Source of the DNA: an uncultured Chloroflexota bacterium | Lineage (GTDB): Bacteria > Chloroflexota > Dehalococcoidia > CAUJGQ01 | DNA length: 64,000 nucleotides | Assembly: GCA_937879875.1 (NCBI GenBank) | Contig: CALFMN010000154.1 | Location: forward strand, 2,071 to 66,070 | Direction of reading: 5' to 3' | In this document: in pieces, positions 51,225-60,575 of the stretch | How the letters are laid out: each line of letters starts with the position of its first letter | How positions within the stretch are numbered: the stretch's first letter is position 1 | Program-made: the position numbers and the translations under genes | Notes under the pieces: model-generated | The model's database searches: none | What the model was told of the DNA's origin: nothing | The model's input: the letters and a program-made list of their open reading frames with translations, nothing else

Positions 51225-54059
51225 TCATCGCCGGTCCTTCAGCCGCTGGAGGCCGACGGCCAGCGCACCGAACGCGGCGACGAAACAGAGCAGGATCAGC
51301 AGGCGCGTGATCGCCGTGCCGTCGGCGGCGTCCCGAAACTGAAACTTGCTGCGCAGCGTGGTGGCCGTCGAGACGACATTCGAGATCCGTGCGAGCGCCT
51401 CGAACGTCCAGCGGCTGGCGATCAGCGCCGCCAGCGGCTTCGCGACGCCGAGCTGACTCACCGGCACGAAGATCCCGGCGAAGAAGACCTGCGGCAGCAT
51501 GATCAGCGGCGCCGCAAACACCGCGCGGTCGGGGTTCGAAACGGCCGCCGAGACAGCCAGCGCCAGCGCCACGGCGGCGGAGCCGCCGAGCACCAGGCAG
51601 AGCCACATGCCGACATCAGCGCCGCCGCCGGGCATATCGACCTTGATGGCGACAACGCTGAAGAGCAAGGTCGCCTGCACGACCACCAGCGCCAGCAACA
51701 CGGCGAACTTGGACGCGATGTAGGGAAAGACGCGCAGGTTGACCAACCGCTCGCGCCGGTAGATCGCGTCTTCCTTCGAAATCTCGCGCACGGCGTTCAA
51801 CGTGCCCAGCCAAACCGCGGTAGCCGCAAGGATGAATGCGAGCTGAATCGCCTTATTCGCCTTCCAGTTGCCGTCGCCGCTATCGACGGCGCATGTACTC
51901 GACGGCGTGGGATTGCGAGGATCGCAGTTGCCGGTGAACGCCGCGGGCTGCGCGCCGAGCCGACCGACGGTGTAGCCCGGAGGCCGCTGAAAGAGGTTGG
52001 CCTGCGGAAACAGCGCCCAGAGCAGGACGGCGATAATCGGCGCCTGCAGCAGCAGGATGGCCAGATTCTTGCGGTCGCGCAACACGATCTCGCCGTAGCG
52101 CCGCGTGAGGATCGAGAACTGGCGCCAGGCCTCGTTGCGCGTGCCGTGCTGGCCCGGCCCGGCCGTGACCGGCCGCGACTGCACCGGCGTGGCGGCGGCG
52201 GCGCCCGGCGTGTTGACGATGCGGCTGCCGATCTCCGACTGGTACAGCGGCGAGGCGTGGAAGCGCTGCTCCCACTCCTCGGGCGAGCGCGTGTTCTCGA
52301 TCAGGTCGTAGATCTCGTCGAAGCGGCCGACGCCGAAGTATTGCAGCGCCATGTCCGGTGCGCCGAAGAAGGCGAGCCGCCCGCCGCGTGCCAGGAAGAC
52401 CACGCGGTCGCACTGCGCGATGTTCACCGTGGCGTGCGTAATCAGCAGGATCGTGCGGCCCTGGTCGGCGAGCTGGCGCAAGAGCGCCATCATGCGCGTC
52501 TCGGTCGCCGGATCGAGGCCGGACGTTGGCTCGTCCAGGAAGAAGAGCGGCGGCTTGGTCAGCAGCTCCACGCCGATGCTGACGCGCTTGCGCTGGCCGC
52601 CGCTCAGGCTCGCTACGACCGTGCTCTTCTGCGCCTCCAGCCCCAGCTCGCCGATCACCTCGGACACCCGCGCGTTGCGTTCAGCCGGGCTGGTGTCCGC
52701 CGGCATGCGCAGCTCTGCGGCGTAGTTCAGCGCCCGCTGCACGCTCAGCTCCTTGTGGATGATATCGTCCTGCGGCACGTAGCCGATCTGCTGACGCAGC
52801 GCGTCGAAGTGCTCGTACAGCGAGAAGCCGTTCAGCAGCACCTGGCCCTTTGTCGCCGGGCGCAGGCCGCTGAGCGCGCCCAGCAGTGTCGACTTGCCCG
52901 CGCCCGACACGCCGACGATGCCGACGAACTCATGCGGCTGCACCACCAGCGTGATCGGTTGCAGGATCGTCTTGCCTTTGCCGACCTGTTTGGTCAGGCC
53001 GAAGGCTTCCAGCAACATGCCGGCGGTCTCGTCGAAGTGCTCGATCTCGCCGTGCCGCACCGTCAGCCGAAAGGGGCCGATGCGTACGACGTCGCCTTCG
53101 GCGAGTTGCCGCTGTGCGACGGCGTCGCCGTTGACATACGTGCGGTTCATGCTGCCCAGGTCCGTAATCGACCAGGGCGCGCCCTCCGCCGGCCGCTCAA
53201 GCACCGCATGCTGCCGTGAGATCTGCGGCGAATCAAGCACCAGCTGATTCTGCGGCGAGCGGCCGATCGTCAGGTGGACGGCGCCGGGACCATGCGGGAC
53301 CAGCCCCTGCGTGCGCGGCCGCCCGCCCGACGAGACAGCCAGCGCCGCCGGTTTCAGGCGGAAGGTCAGCGCCACGTCGGTGCCGAGCGCGACGCGGTCG
53401 CCGTCGTGCAGCGGGGCCGACTCGATCTGCCGGCCGTTGACGAAGGTGCCGTTGCGGCTGCGCAGGTCGATCACCGTCCAGCCGTCGTCCTGGCGGCAAA
53501 CCATCGCGTGGCTGGCGGAGAGCGTGGGGGCCGCAAGGGAGATGTCGTTGCCAGGGCCGCGTCCCAGCGTCGCCTCGTCGCGCTGCATGATGAAGCTGAA
53601 GCTGCGCCCGTCGGCCTCGATCAGCAACTCCGGCCGGGCAGCCGCGAGATTCGCGGGCGTCGTCGCGCCCGGCGCTCCGGCGGCAGCAGTTTGACGCAGA
53701 TTGACGGCCGCGGGCGGCGGGGAAGGCGCGAAGCCGCCGGCGGCTGCCACTGTGCCGCCCAGCGGCTGACCGAGCTCGTACGCCGCGATGCGGTAGGCGC
53801 CGACGACGAACTCCTCGCCAGGCCGAATCTGTGCGGCTTCGGATCGCAGCAGGCGGCCGTTGAGCTGTGTGCCATTGGTCCCGCCGAGGTCTTCGAGATA
53901 GAGCGCGCCGTTGCGTTGCACCACGCGGGCGTGCTGCCGCGAAACGCTCTCGTCCGGCAGCACGATGTCGTTGCCGGGTGCACGGCCCAGGGACGCCTCC
54001 TCACGGGAGACCGTCTGTTCGCGCGATGCCGAACCACCCTCGATGCGAAAGCGCAGCAT
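51225..54059 (-). CDS. FHA(x3)-ABC ATPase-ABC-2 permease fusion, paralogue 2
   Basis: It has the same architecture and motifs as paralogue 1, for example GVSGAGKST and LSGGQRKRVSIG. It is 944 aa. Confidence 0.85.
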   Translation of the reverse strand: MLRFRIEGGSASREQTVSREEASLGRAPGNDIVLPDESVSRQHARVVQRNGALYLEDLGGTNGTQLNGRLLRSEAAQIRPGEEFVVGAYRIAAYELGQPLGGTVAAAGGFAPSPPPAAVNLRQTAAAGAPGATTPANLAAARPELLIEADGRSFSFIMQRDEATLGRGPGNDISLAAPTLSASHAMVCRQDDGWTVIDLRSRNGTFVNGRQIESAPLHDGDRVALGTDVALTFRLKPAALAVSSGGRPRTQGLVPHGPGAVHLTIGRSPQNQLVLDSPQISRQHAVLERPAEGAPWSITDLGSMNRTYVNGDAVAQRQLAEGDVVRIGPFRLTVRHGEIEHFDETAGMLLEAFGLTKQVGKGKTILQPITLVVQPHEFVGIVGVSGAGKSTLLGALSGLRPATKGQVLLNGFSLYEHFDALRQQIGYVPQDDIIHKELSVQRALNYAAELRMPADTSPAERNARVSEVIGELGLEAQKSTVVASLSGGQRKRVSIGVELLTKPPLFFLDEPTSGLDPATETRMMALLRQLADQGRTILLITHATVNIAQCDRVVFLARGGRLAFFGAPDMALQYFGVGRFDEIYDLIENTRSPEEWEQRFHASPLYQSEIGSRIVNTPGAAAATPVQSRPVTAGPGQHGTRNEAWRQFSILTRRYGEIVLRDRKNLAILLLQAPIIAVLLWALFPQANLFQRPPGYTVGRLGAQPAAFTGNCDPRNPTPSSTCAVDSGDGNWKANKAIQLAFILAATAVWLGTLNAVREISKEDAIYRRERLVNLRVFPYIASKFAVLLALVVVQATLLFSVVAIKVDMPGGGADVGMWLCLVLGGSAAVALALAVSAAVSNPDRAVFAAPLIMLPQVFFAGIFVPVSQLGVAKPLAALIASRWTFEALARISNVVSTATTLRSKFQFRDAADGTAITRLLILLCFVAAFGALAVGLQRLKDRR

Positions 54060-54139
54060 GATCGCCGCTTCTCATCCAACCACTGAATGCGTGCCTGTGA
54101 CGGCACCGGCTCATCGTCTGATCGTGGGAAACTGGCGGT

Positions 54140-57055
54140 TCACCGCCGGTCTTTGGTGCGTTGCAGCGCCGCGGCGAGCACGCCGAACGCCACGACGAAA
54201 CCCAGCAGGATCAGCCAGCGGCTGACAGCGCTGCCGTCGAGTCCGTCCCGGTACAGGAATACGGGCGGCAGCGCGGTCGCATTGATGATCCCGGCGGCGC
54301 GCCCAGCCGCCTCGAAGGTCCAGCGTGCGGTTGTGAGCGCCGCCAACGGCTGGGCCGGACCGAGCTTCGACACGGGCACGAGCAGCCCGGCGAAGAAGAT
54401 CTGCGGCAGCATGATCAGTGGCGCGGCGAACACGGCACGGTCGGGGTTGGAGACGGCGGCGGAGACGGCGAGCGCGACCGCGACCGAGGCAGCCCCGCCC
54501 AGCACCAGGGCGAGCCAGACGCCGGGCACGCCGCCCGCCGGTACCGGGACACGGATCAGCGCGACGCCGAAGAGCAGCGTCGCCTGGATGGCGACGAGAA
54601 CCAATAACACGGCGAACTTCGAGGCGATATAAGGGAAGACGCGCAGGTTCACCAGCCGCTCGCGGCGGTAGATGGCGTCTTCCTTCGAGATCTCGCGGAT
54701 CGCGTTCAGCGTGCCCAGCCAAACGGCGGTCGCGGCGAGGATGAAGGCCATGCGCGCGGCTTCGGAGGCGTTGCCGTTGCCGTTGCCCTGGTCCTGATGG
54801 CAGCCTGGTTCGTTAAAGGGATTGCCCCGATCGGAGCAACCCGTTCCTGTGAAGACGATGAAGGTAGGGACGTTGCTTTGACCCGATTGCCCGCCCGCGC
54901 CCTGGCGAAGACCGGGATTCCGTTTGAATTGCAACTCGGCTTGCTTCACCCCGACGGGATCGAGCGCGATCGGCCCCTGCGCGCCGTCTATGACGATTAC
55001 TGGATTGGGCGGCGCCTTGAACAGATTCCCATTGGTGAACAGCGCCCAGAGCAACACGGCGATGATCGGCGCCTGCAAGAGCAGAATCGCCAGGTTCTTG
55101 CGGTCGCGCAGCACGATCTCCGCGTAGCGCCGCGTCAGGATCTTGAACTGGCGCAGCGACTCCGACGGCTGGCGCGCCTGGCCCGGTACGTAGACTGCCC
55201 ACACTTTCGGCGCCGGCGCAACGAGCGCCGCCCCCGGCAGGTGTTCGATACGCTCGGCAATCTCGCTCTGGTAAAGCGGCGAGGCGGCGAACGACACCTC
55301 CCACTCCTCCGGCGTGCGCTGGTTCTCGATCAGGTCGTAGATGTCTTCGAACTCGCGCACGCCGAAGTAGTCGAGGGCAACTTTCGGTGCGCCGTAGAAG
55401 GCGACACGGCCGCCGCGCGCCAGAAACAGTACACGATCGCACATCGAGACGTTGCGCGTGGCGTGCGTGATCAGGAGCACCGTGCGGCCCTGGTCGGCGA
55501 GCTGGCGCAGCAGCGCCATCATGCGCGTTTCCGTGCCCGGATCGAGGCCCGAGGTCGGCTCGTCCAGGAAGAAGAGCGGCGGGCTGGTCAGCAACTCCAC
55601 GCCGATGCTGACGCGCTTGCGCTGGCCGCCGCTCAGGCTCGCCACCACCGTCTGGCGCTGCTGTTCGAGGCCCAGCTCGGCCAGTACCTCGCTCACACGC
55701 GCGGTCTTCGCGGCCGGCGGCAACTCGGCAGGCAGGCGCAACTCGGCCGCGTACTCCAGCGCTCGTTCGACCGGCAGCTCGCGGTGGATGATATCGTCCT
55801 GCGGCACGTAGCCGATCTTCGCGCGCAGCGCCTCGAAGTGCTCGTAGAGCGACATGCCGTTCAGCAGCACCTGGCCGGAGGTCGCCGGCCGGAAGCCGCT
55901 GAGCGCGCCGAGCAGCGTCGATTTGCCTGCACCCGAGACGCCGACCACGGCCACGAACTCCTGCGGCCGCACGACCAGCGAGACGTTGTTGAGGATCACC
56001 TTGCCGTTGTCGACTTCGCGCCGCAGGTTGAGCGCTTCGAGCAGGATGGAGGCCGGCTCCGGCTCGGCCGGGATCGGCGGTGGCGCCGGCGCGATCTGAG
56101 CAACCTCGACGATCCGCGGCGGTCGCGGCGCCTGCCGGTTCCCCCCGCCGAGCGGCCCCGCACCGCCCAGCGGTCCGACCCCACGCCGCGGCCCAGGCGC
56201 CGCGTCCGGCCGGGCCACGACGGCTGGACGCGCGTTCGGACTGCCGAGAGGGGGCACGGGCCGGAAGAACGACGCGCCCGCATCCGCTTCTCCCGGCGCC
56301 GGCGGCGCGGCCGCGATCTGCGCCACCGGCTCGCGCAGCTCTTCGGGCCGCACGGCCGCGGTTTCGACGAGCTGCGTCGCCTGCGGCTGCTGGCTGACCG
56401 GCACCTCGGTGCTCAGATGCGAGCTTTCCACGAAGCGAAAGATGACAGTTACGGAGTCTGCGAGCTGAAAGCGGGTTCCGTCTTTGAGCAACTCCTCCTC
56501 GATGCGCCGGCCGTCCATCTGCGTGCCGTTGCGGCTGTTGAGGTCGACGATCTCGAAACGGTCGCCCAGGCGGCGCACGACGGCATGGTGCGAGGAAACC
56601 GTACCCACGCGGACGGTGAGGTCGTTCGACTCGGCGCGGCCGATCGAGACCTGGTCATGCTCGATCGGATAGGTGAAACGGCCGTCCGGCGTCTCCACGA
56701 TCAGCATCGGCCGCGGCTGCGCGGGTGCTGGTGCAGCCGTGGCGCCCTGCTGTCCAACGAGCCCGACGTGCAATAAGGCATGGAGCTGGAAGGGGCCGAT
56801 GCCGACGAGGTCGCCCGGCTTCACCTCGGCCCAGGCGTTCATCAGCAGGTTGCCGTTGACGCGCGTGCCGTAGGTTCCCCACAGGTCTTCGACGTAGATG
56901 GCGTCGCCGTGGCGCCAGAGGCGGGCGTGGCGCAGCGAAACGCCCGCATCCGCCAGCACGACATCGTTGTCCGGCGCGCGCCCCAGCGTCACCTCATCCC
57001 GGTCAAGCATCTCCTCCCGAGACTGGCCGGCACCCGCGATTTGCAGCCGGATCAT
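54140..57055 (-). CDS. FHA(x2)-Pro-rich linker-ABC ATPase-ABC-2 permease fusion, paralogue 3
   Basis: Two FHA cores are followed by about 110 aa of Pro/Ala/Gly-rich linker, then the ABC and ABC-2 domains. Start was taken at MIRLQIAG. Confidence 0.85.
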   Translation of the reverse strand: MIRLQIAGAGQSREEMLDRDEVTLGRAPDNDVVLADAGVSLRHARLWRHGDAIYVEDLWGTYGTRVNGNLLMNAWAEVKPGDLVGIGPFQLHALLHVGLVGQQGATAAPAPAQPRPMLIVETPDGRFTYPIEHDQVSIGRAESNDLTVRVGTVSSHHAVVRRLGDRFEIVDLNSRNGTQMDGRRIEEELLKDGTRFQLADSVTVIFRFVESSHLSTEVPVSQQPQATQLVETAAVRPEELREPVAQIAAAPPAPGEADAGASFFRPVPPLGSPNARPAVVARPDAAPGPRRGVGPLGGAGPLGGGNRQAPRPPRIVEVAQIAPAPPPIPAEPEPASILLEALNLRREVDNGKVILNNVSLVVRPQEFVAVVGVSGAGKSTLLGALSGFRPATSGQVLLNGMSLYEHFEALRAKIGYVPQDDIIHRELPVERALEYAAELRLPAELPPAAKTARVSEVLAELGLEQQRQTVVASLSGGQRKRVSIGVELLTSPPLFFLDEPTSGLDPGTETRMMALLRQLADQGRTVLLITHATRNVSMCDRVLFLARGGRVAFYGAPKVALDYFGVREFEDIYDLIENQRTPEEWEVSFAASPLYQSEIAERIEHLPGAALVAPAPKVWAVYVPGQARQPSESLRQFKILTRRYAEIVLRDRKNLAILLLQAPIIAVLLWALFTNGNLFKAPPNPVIVIDGAQGPIALDPVGVKQAELQFKRNPGLRQGAGGQSGQSNVPTFIVFTGTGCSDRGNPFNEPGCHQDQGNGNGNASEAARMAFILAATAVWLGTLNAIREISKEDAIYRRERLVNLRVFPYIASKFAVLLVLVAIQATLLFGVALIRVPVPAGGVPGVWLALVLGGAASVAVALAVSAAVSNPDRAVFAAPLIMLPQIFFAGLLVPVSKLGPAQPLAALTTARWTFEAAGRAAGIINATALPPVFLYRDGLDGSAVSRWLILLGFVVAFGVLAAALQRTKDRR

Positions 57056-57087
57056 GCAGCGCTCCGTGGCCAGAGCTGGCCGGCGTG

Positions 57088-57519
57088 TCAATCTTCTTGC
57101 ACCGGCCAGCGCCAGTCTACCACGCGCTCCGGCTGAATGCGGATGACGGGCAGCTCTTCCAGCGCCATCTCACGATATTGCGGATAGCGTGCGCGCAAGG
57201 CCACGATCGCCGCGAGCTGCTCGCCGCCCGGCAGCACAATCTGCGCCGTTCCGCGTATCTGCAGCCAGCGCAGCCGGCGCCAGTCCTCGTCGTAGTCGTC
57301 AACCGTGAGACAGACGGCGGGATTTGCTGCGAGGTCACGGACGCGGCGCAGGCGCTCGACCGGCACGCGTTTCGGCTTGCGATCGAGCGGCGTGTAGATA
57401 GCGCCGCCGTAGAGCGCGAAGCAGACGGGCACGACGTGCGGTTTGCTCGCGCCGTCGGCCGTGGCGAAGTGCGCTACGCGATGCGCCAGCAGGAAGGCGG
57501 TCTGTTCAGGGGAAAGCAT
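57088..57519 (-). CDS. PPOX-class (pyridoxamine 5'-phosphate oxidase-like) probable F420-dependent enzyme
   Basis: MLSPEQTAFLLAHRVAHFATADGASKPHVVPVCFALYGGAIY is the typical split-barrel N-terminus. It is 143 aa and lies 33 bp upstream of FHA-ABC paralogue 3. Confidence 0.7.
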   Translation of the reverse strand: MLSPEQTAFLLAHRVAHFATADGASKPHVVPVCFALYGGAIYTPLDRKPKRVPVERLRRVRDLAANPAVCLTVDDYDEDWRRLRWLQIRGTAQIVLPGGEQLAAIVALRARYPQYREMALEELPVIRIQPERVVDWRWPVQED

Positions 57520-57553
57520 CGTTCGCTCCGGCTCAGACGACTCAGGACACGCG

Positions 57554-57771
57554 GGGCACCTAACCCTGACCTGGCTGAAGCCAGGTCTGTCCCTTCCCGA
57601 CACAGGAAGGGTGGGTTCGAGGACAGACAAAGATTGGGAGACAATCCGTCTGCGCTTCCCACAAGGACACCGCCGCCCCGCCGTCGCACAGAGTATGGAG
57701 CGCTCCAGAAGTCCCTTCCCGCCTCGGGAAGGGACAGACTTCCCGCCAGGGAAGTCAGGGTTAGGTGCCCC
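57554..57771. mobile_element. MITE-like repeat, copy D
   Basis: Terminal inverted repeats GGGGCACCTAACCCTGA / TCAGGGTTAGGTGCCCC are perfect. Coordinates were cross-checked against the codons of the spurious ORF 57474..57797. Confidence 0.6.
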
Positions 57772-57826
57772 GGCGGTGCTGCGGCGCAGTCGCGCACCGA
57801 CGCCGCTCTCGGCTACAGTGGGCAGC

Positions 57827-58765
57827 ATGGACACCGCCGCCGCTCCGCGCTCGCTGCGCTTGCTGCCTGGCCGGCCGTACGCATTCGACCACGCGCTCAC
57901 CTACTTTACCCGCCGCGCCGGCGAGTTGGTCGATCGCGCCGAAGACGGCGTGTACCGGCGGTTGCTCGTGCTCACGCACGGGCCGGCGCTCGCAGAAGTC
58001 CGGCCCTGCGCGGATGGCAGTCTCACGCTTCTTCTGCGCGGAGCCGATGGCGGCGCCGCGCCGACCGAGACCGAGATCGAGGCGGCGGCCCGGACGTTGA
58101 CCCGCACGCTCGGTCTGGACGACGATCTGGCAGGTTTCCGCGCCGCTGTCGCCGGCGATGCGCCGCTGGCCGGGCTGGTGCGGCGCTTCCCCGGCTTGCG
58201 CCTGATCAGCACGCCGTCGCCCTTCGAAGCGTTCGCCTGGGCGGTGCTGGGCCAGCAGATCAGTCTGCACGTTGCCTTTCGCCTGAAGGCCGCGCTGGTG
58301 CGGCGCTGCGGCACGACCGCGCTGATCAACGGTGAAGCTTACTGGGCCTTTCCGACGGCGGAGCGGCTCGCCGCGGAAAACCCGGACGAGCTGGCCGCGC
58401 TCGGGCTCGGCCGGCGCAAGGCGGCGACGATCGTGCATGTCGCGGGGCTCGTCGCCGGCGGCTCGCTCAAGCTCGACACACTCGGCTGCCTGCCGCTGGC
58501 CGAAGCCGAGCAGGAACTCGTCGCGCTGCACGGCGTGGGACCGTGGACGGCGCGTTACACGCTGCTGCGCGGCCTGCGCGTGGCCGACGCCTGCCCGGTG
58601 AGCGACGGCGGCCTGATGGTGGCCTGCGGTTCGCTCTACGGCCTCGGCCGCAAGGCGAGCGTCGCCGAGGTCGCGGCGTTTTCGGAGCGCTGGCGGCCGT
58701 ACCGGGGCTACGCTGCCTTCTATCTCTGGTTCATGCTCGCGCGGATGGGGAGGAGCGATGGCTAG
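57827..58765 (+). CDS. alkA: DNA-3-methyladenine glycosylase II (HhH-GPD, AlkA-like)
   Basis: The HhH-GPD motif is LVALHGVGPWTARYTLLRGL with the catalytic Asp region VSDGGL. The protein is 312 aa. Confidence 0.8.
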   Translation: MDTAAAPRSLRLLPGRPYAFDHALTYFTRRAGELVDRAEDGVYRRLLVLTHGPALAEVRPCADGSLTLLLRGADGGAAPTETEIEAAARTLTRTLGLDDDLAGFRAAVAGDAPLAGLVRRFPGLRLISTPSPFEAFAWAVLGQQISLHVAFRLKAALVRRCGTTALINGEAYWAFPTAERLAAENPDELAALGLGRRKAATIVHVAGLVAGGSLKLDTLGCLPLAEAEQELVALHGVGPWTARYTLLRGLRVADACPVSDGGLMVACGSLYGLGRKASVAEVAAFSERWRPYRGYAAFYLWFMLARMGRSDG

Positions 58766-59882
58766 CCTTGCACCGCGATCGGACTTCGAGCTGCCCGACG
58801 GCCTGATTCATCTGGCGCCCGGCGGGGAGGCGCCGTCGCTGCGCTCACACCGCGCGGTGCTGGAACGCTACCTGGCCTGCAAAGGCACAGGACCGGCCGG
58901 CCAAACGGTGCGTAAGCAGACGGTTCAATCGGTGCGCGAACTGGCTGCCGCGTTGTTCGGTCTGTCCGGCGCCGAGGCGATCGCCTTTGTGCCCTCGGTC
59001 TCGGACGGCATGAACGCGCTTTCGCATGCGCTGCCGGTACAACCCGGCGACAACGTGGTGCTCGAAGACCGCGAGTTCGGCGCTGTGCTGTATCCCTGGC
59101 TGCATCTGGAGCGGCAGGGCGTCGAGGTGAGGCTGGTGCGCCAGCGCGACTGGGAGCCGGCGGAAAGCGCCTTTCGCGCCGCGATCGACGGCCGCACCCG
59201 CGCCGTAGCGGCAAGCCAGGTGAGCTTCCTCACCGGCCTGCATCACAACCTCGAAGCGCTGTCCGAGCTGGCACACGCGCGGGGCGCCTGGTTCGTGCTC
59301 GATGCCACGCACGCCGCCGGCGCGGTGCCCGTGCCGGGAGCACTTTGCGACTTCGTGCTCACCGCCTGCTACAAGTGGCTGCTCGGCTGGCACGGCGTGG
59401 CGCTGCTCGGCTGGAACCGCGAGCGTGTTCCCGACGTTGAGCCCGCGATCCTGGGCTGGAAGACGACCGCAGCCGTGCCGGATCGCGAGAATCCGAAGGG
59501 CTACATCCGCAGCGAGGACGCGACACGCTTCGAGATCGGCAATCCCAGCTACGCCGGCATCTTCGTGCTGGAGAACGCGCTGCGCTATCTGCGCGAGCTG
59601 GGCATCGAGCGCATCGCCGAGCATGACCGTGCGCTCAGCGGCGTGCTGAACCGCGCCCTGCGCGAGCTGGGGCTGGACGTGGCGACACCGCTTGACGCCG
59701 CGCACCGAGCGGGTAACACCTGCTTCTGGCACGCGGAGCCTGAAGCGCTGGCGGCGAAGCTGGCCGAAGACGGCATCTGGGTGAACGGCAGCGACGGGCG
59801 CATCCGCATCGGCACGCACCTCTGGTGCAGCGAAACGGACGTGGAAGCGGCGGTGGCGGCGGTGGAACGGGCGCTCGCCTGA
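58758..59882 (+). CDS. Class V aminotransferase-fold PLP-dependent enzyme
   Basis: Cysteine desulfurase/isopenicillin-N-epimerase-like. A Lys in TACYKWLLG is the probable PLP lysine. It overlaps alkA by 8 bp. Confidence 0.8.
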   Translation: MASLAPRSDFELPDGLIHLAPGGEAPSLRSHRAVLERYLACKGTGPAGQTVRKQTVQSVRELAAALFGLSGAEAIAFVPSVSDGMNALSHALPVQPGDNVVLEDREFGAVLYPWLHLERQGVEVRLVRQRDWEPAESAFRAAIDGRTRAVAASQVSFLTGLHHNLEALSELAHARGAWFVLDATHAAGAVPVPGALCDFVLTACYKWLLGWHGVALLGWNRERVPDVEPAILGWKTTAAVPDRENPKGYIRSEDATRFEIGNPSYAGIFVLENALRYLRELGIERIAEHDRALSGVLNRALRELGLDVATPLDAAHRAGNTCFWHAEPEALAAKLAEDGIWVNGSDGRIRIGTHLWCSETDVEAAVAAVERALA

Positions 59883-59985
59883 CGCCGGCCCAGGCTGTGA
59901 CCCGCCCTGGTGAAGGTCACGGCTGGCGCCGCGACGGGCGGTTCAATCTCGGTGCGTCACGCTGACGGCGGCCAGGCTCTTCCGC

Positions 59986-60018
59986 TCCAGAAAATGCGAG
60001 AGGAGCGCCACCCCTGCG
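59986..60018. other. Perfect 13-bp-stem hairpin GCGAGAGGAGCGC-N7-GCGCTCCTCTCGC
   Basis: It was read directly and lies just 3' of the aminotransferase gene. It may be a terminator, although no T-tract follows. Confidence 0.3.
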
Positions 60019-60192
60019 CTCCTCTCGCGTGGCTGCGGTGATGCTTCGGTGCGCGGAGGACCGAACCCCGACCTCCGTGCCACACCCCCGACGCCGATGT
60101 CCGCGGCGGGCGACCGGGCTACTGCGCCCGCCGGTCCACTCGCAGCGTAGGTTACCCCGGGCAGGGGAACAGTCCGGCCGGCGGCGCATCGC

Positions 60193-60215
60193 CTGTCAGG
60201 AAAAACCTGACAGGC
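60193..60215. other. Hairpin CCTGTCAGG-AAAAA-CCTGACAGG (same TGTCAG half-site as the 7559-7576 region)
   Basis: It is a perfect 9-bp inverted repeat inside a 690-bp gene-free stretch. Confidence 0.3.
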
Positions 60216-60575
60216 AGGGGCGTGGCCCTCATAGCGCCCTGTTCCACGCCTCACCAAAATCATCCTTGACTCCGGTGGACACTGCGGTCGACCAATGACC
60301 GCCTGCAGTGGGCCAGACCGGTTCAATCCGTCTCACGACCCATCCGCGCCCGACACCGCCTCTCTTGCCCACGACCGCGGCGTTGGCTATGCTCGGCCTC
60401 TGTGTGGCCATGCACCGGGCCGTCCGTACCGTCCACATTGAGCAGGATGCGTGACCGGCCGCCCCGCACAGCCGCGCTCGCGCATGTACAGGGCAGCCAG
60501 CGCCTCCCGCCAGCCGTTGGACGGTGTGGCGGTCCACAGGTCCCGACCTGCTCCAACCCTGATGCAGAATCCGGG

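Noticed and set aside
48918-56776. Plus-strand ORFs 48918..51170, 51171..53219, 54797..56776 (650-750 aa each)
   Set aside because: They are antisense to the three FHA-ABC genes, which carry clear Walker and signature motifs on the minus strand. The plus-strand translations are Arg/Ala/Gly-rich junk.
57474-57797. ORFs called inside MITE-like copies (for example 57474..57797 -, 28661..29137 -, 50977..51606 -)
   Set aside because: Their translations are dominated by hairpin-encoded repeats (PSRGGKG, GHLTLT) that recur in every copy in both orientations. They arise from repeat DNA, not genes.
60150-60200. RNase P RNA-like GGAACAGTCCGGCC stretch
   Set aside because: It only partially matches the conserved GGAAAGUCCGGGCUCC P4 element, and no matching 3' P4 strand (ACAGAACCCGGCUUA) is present.
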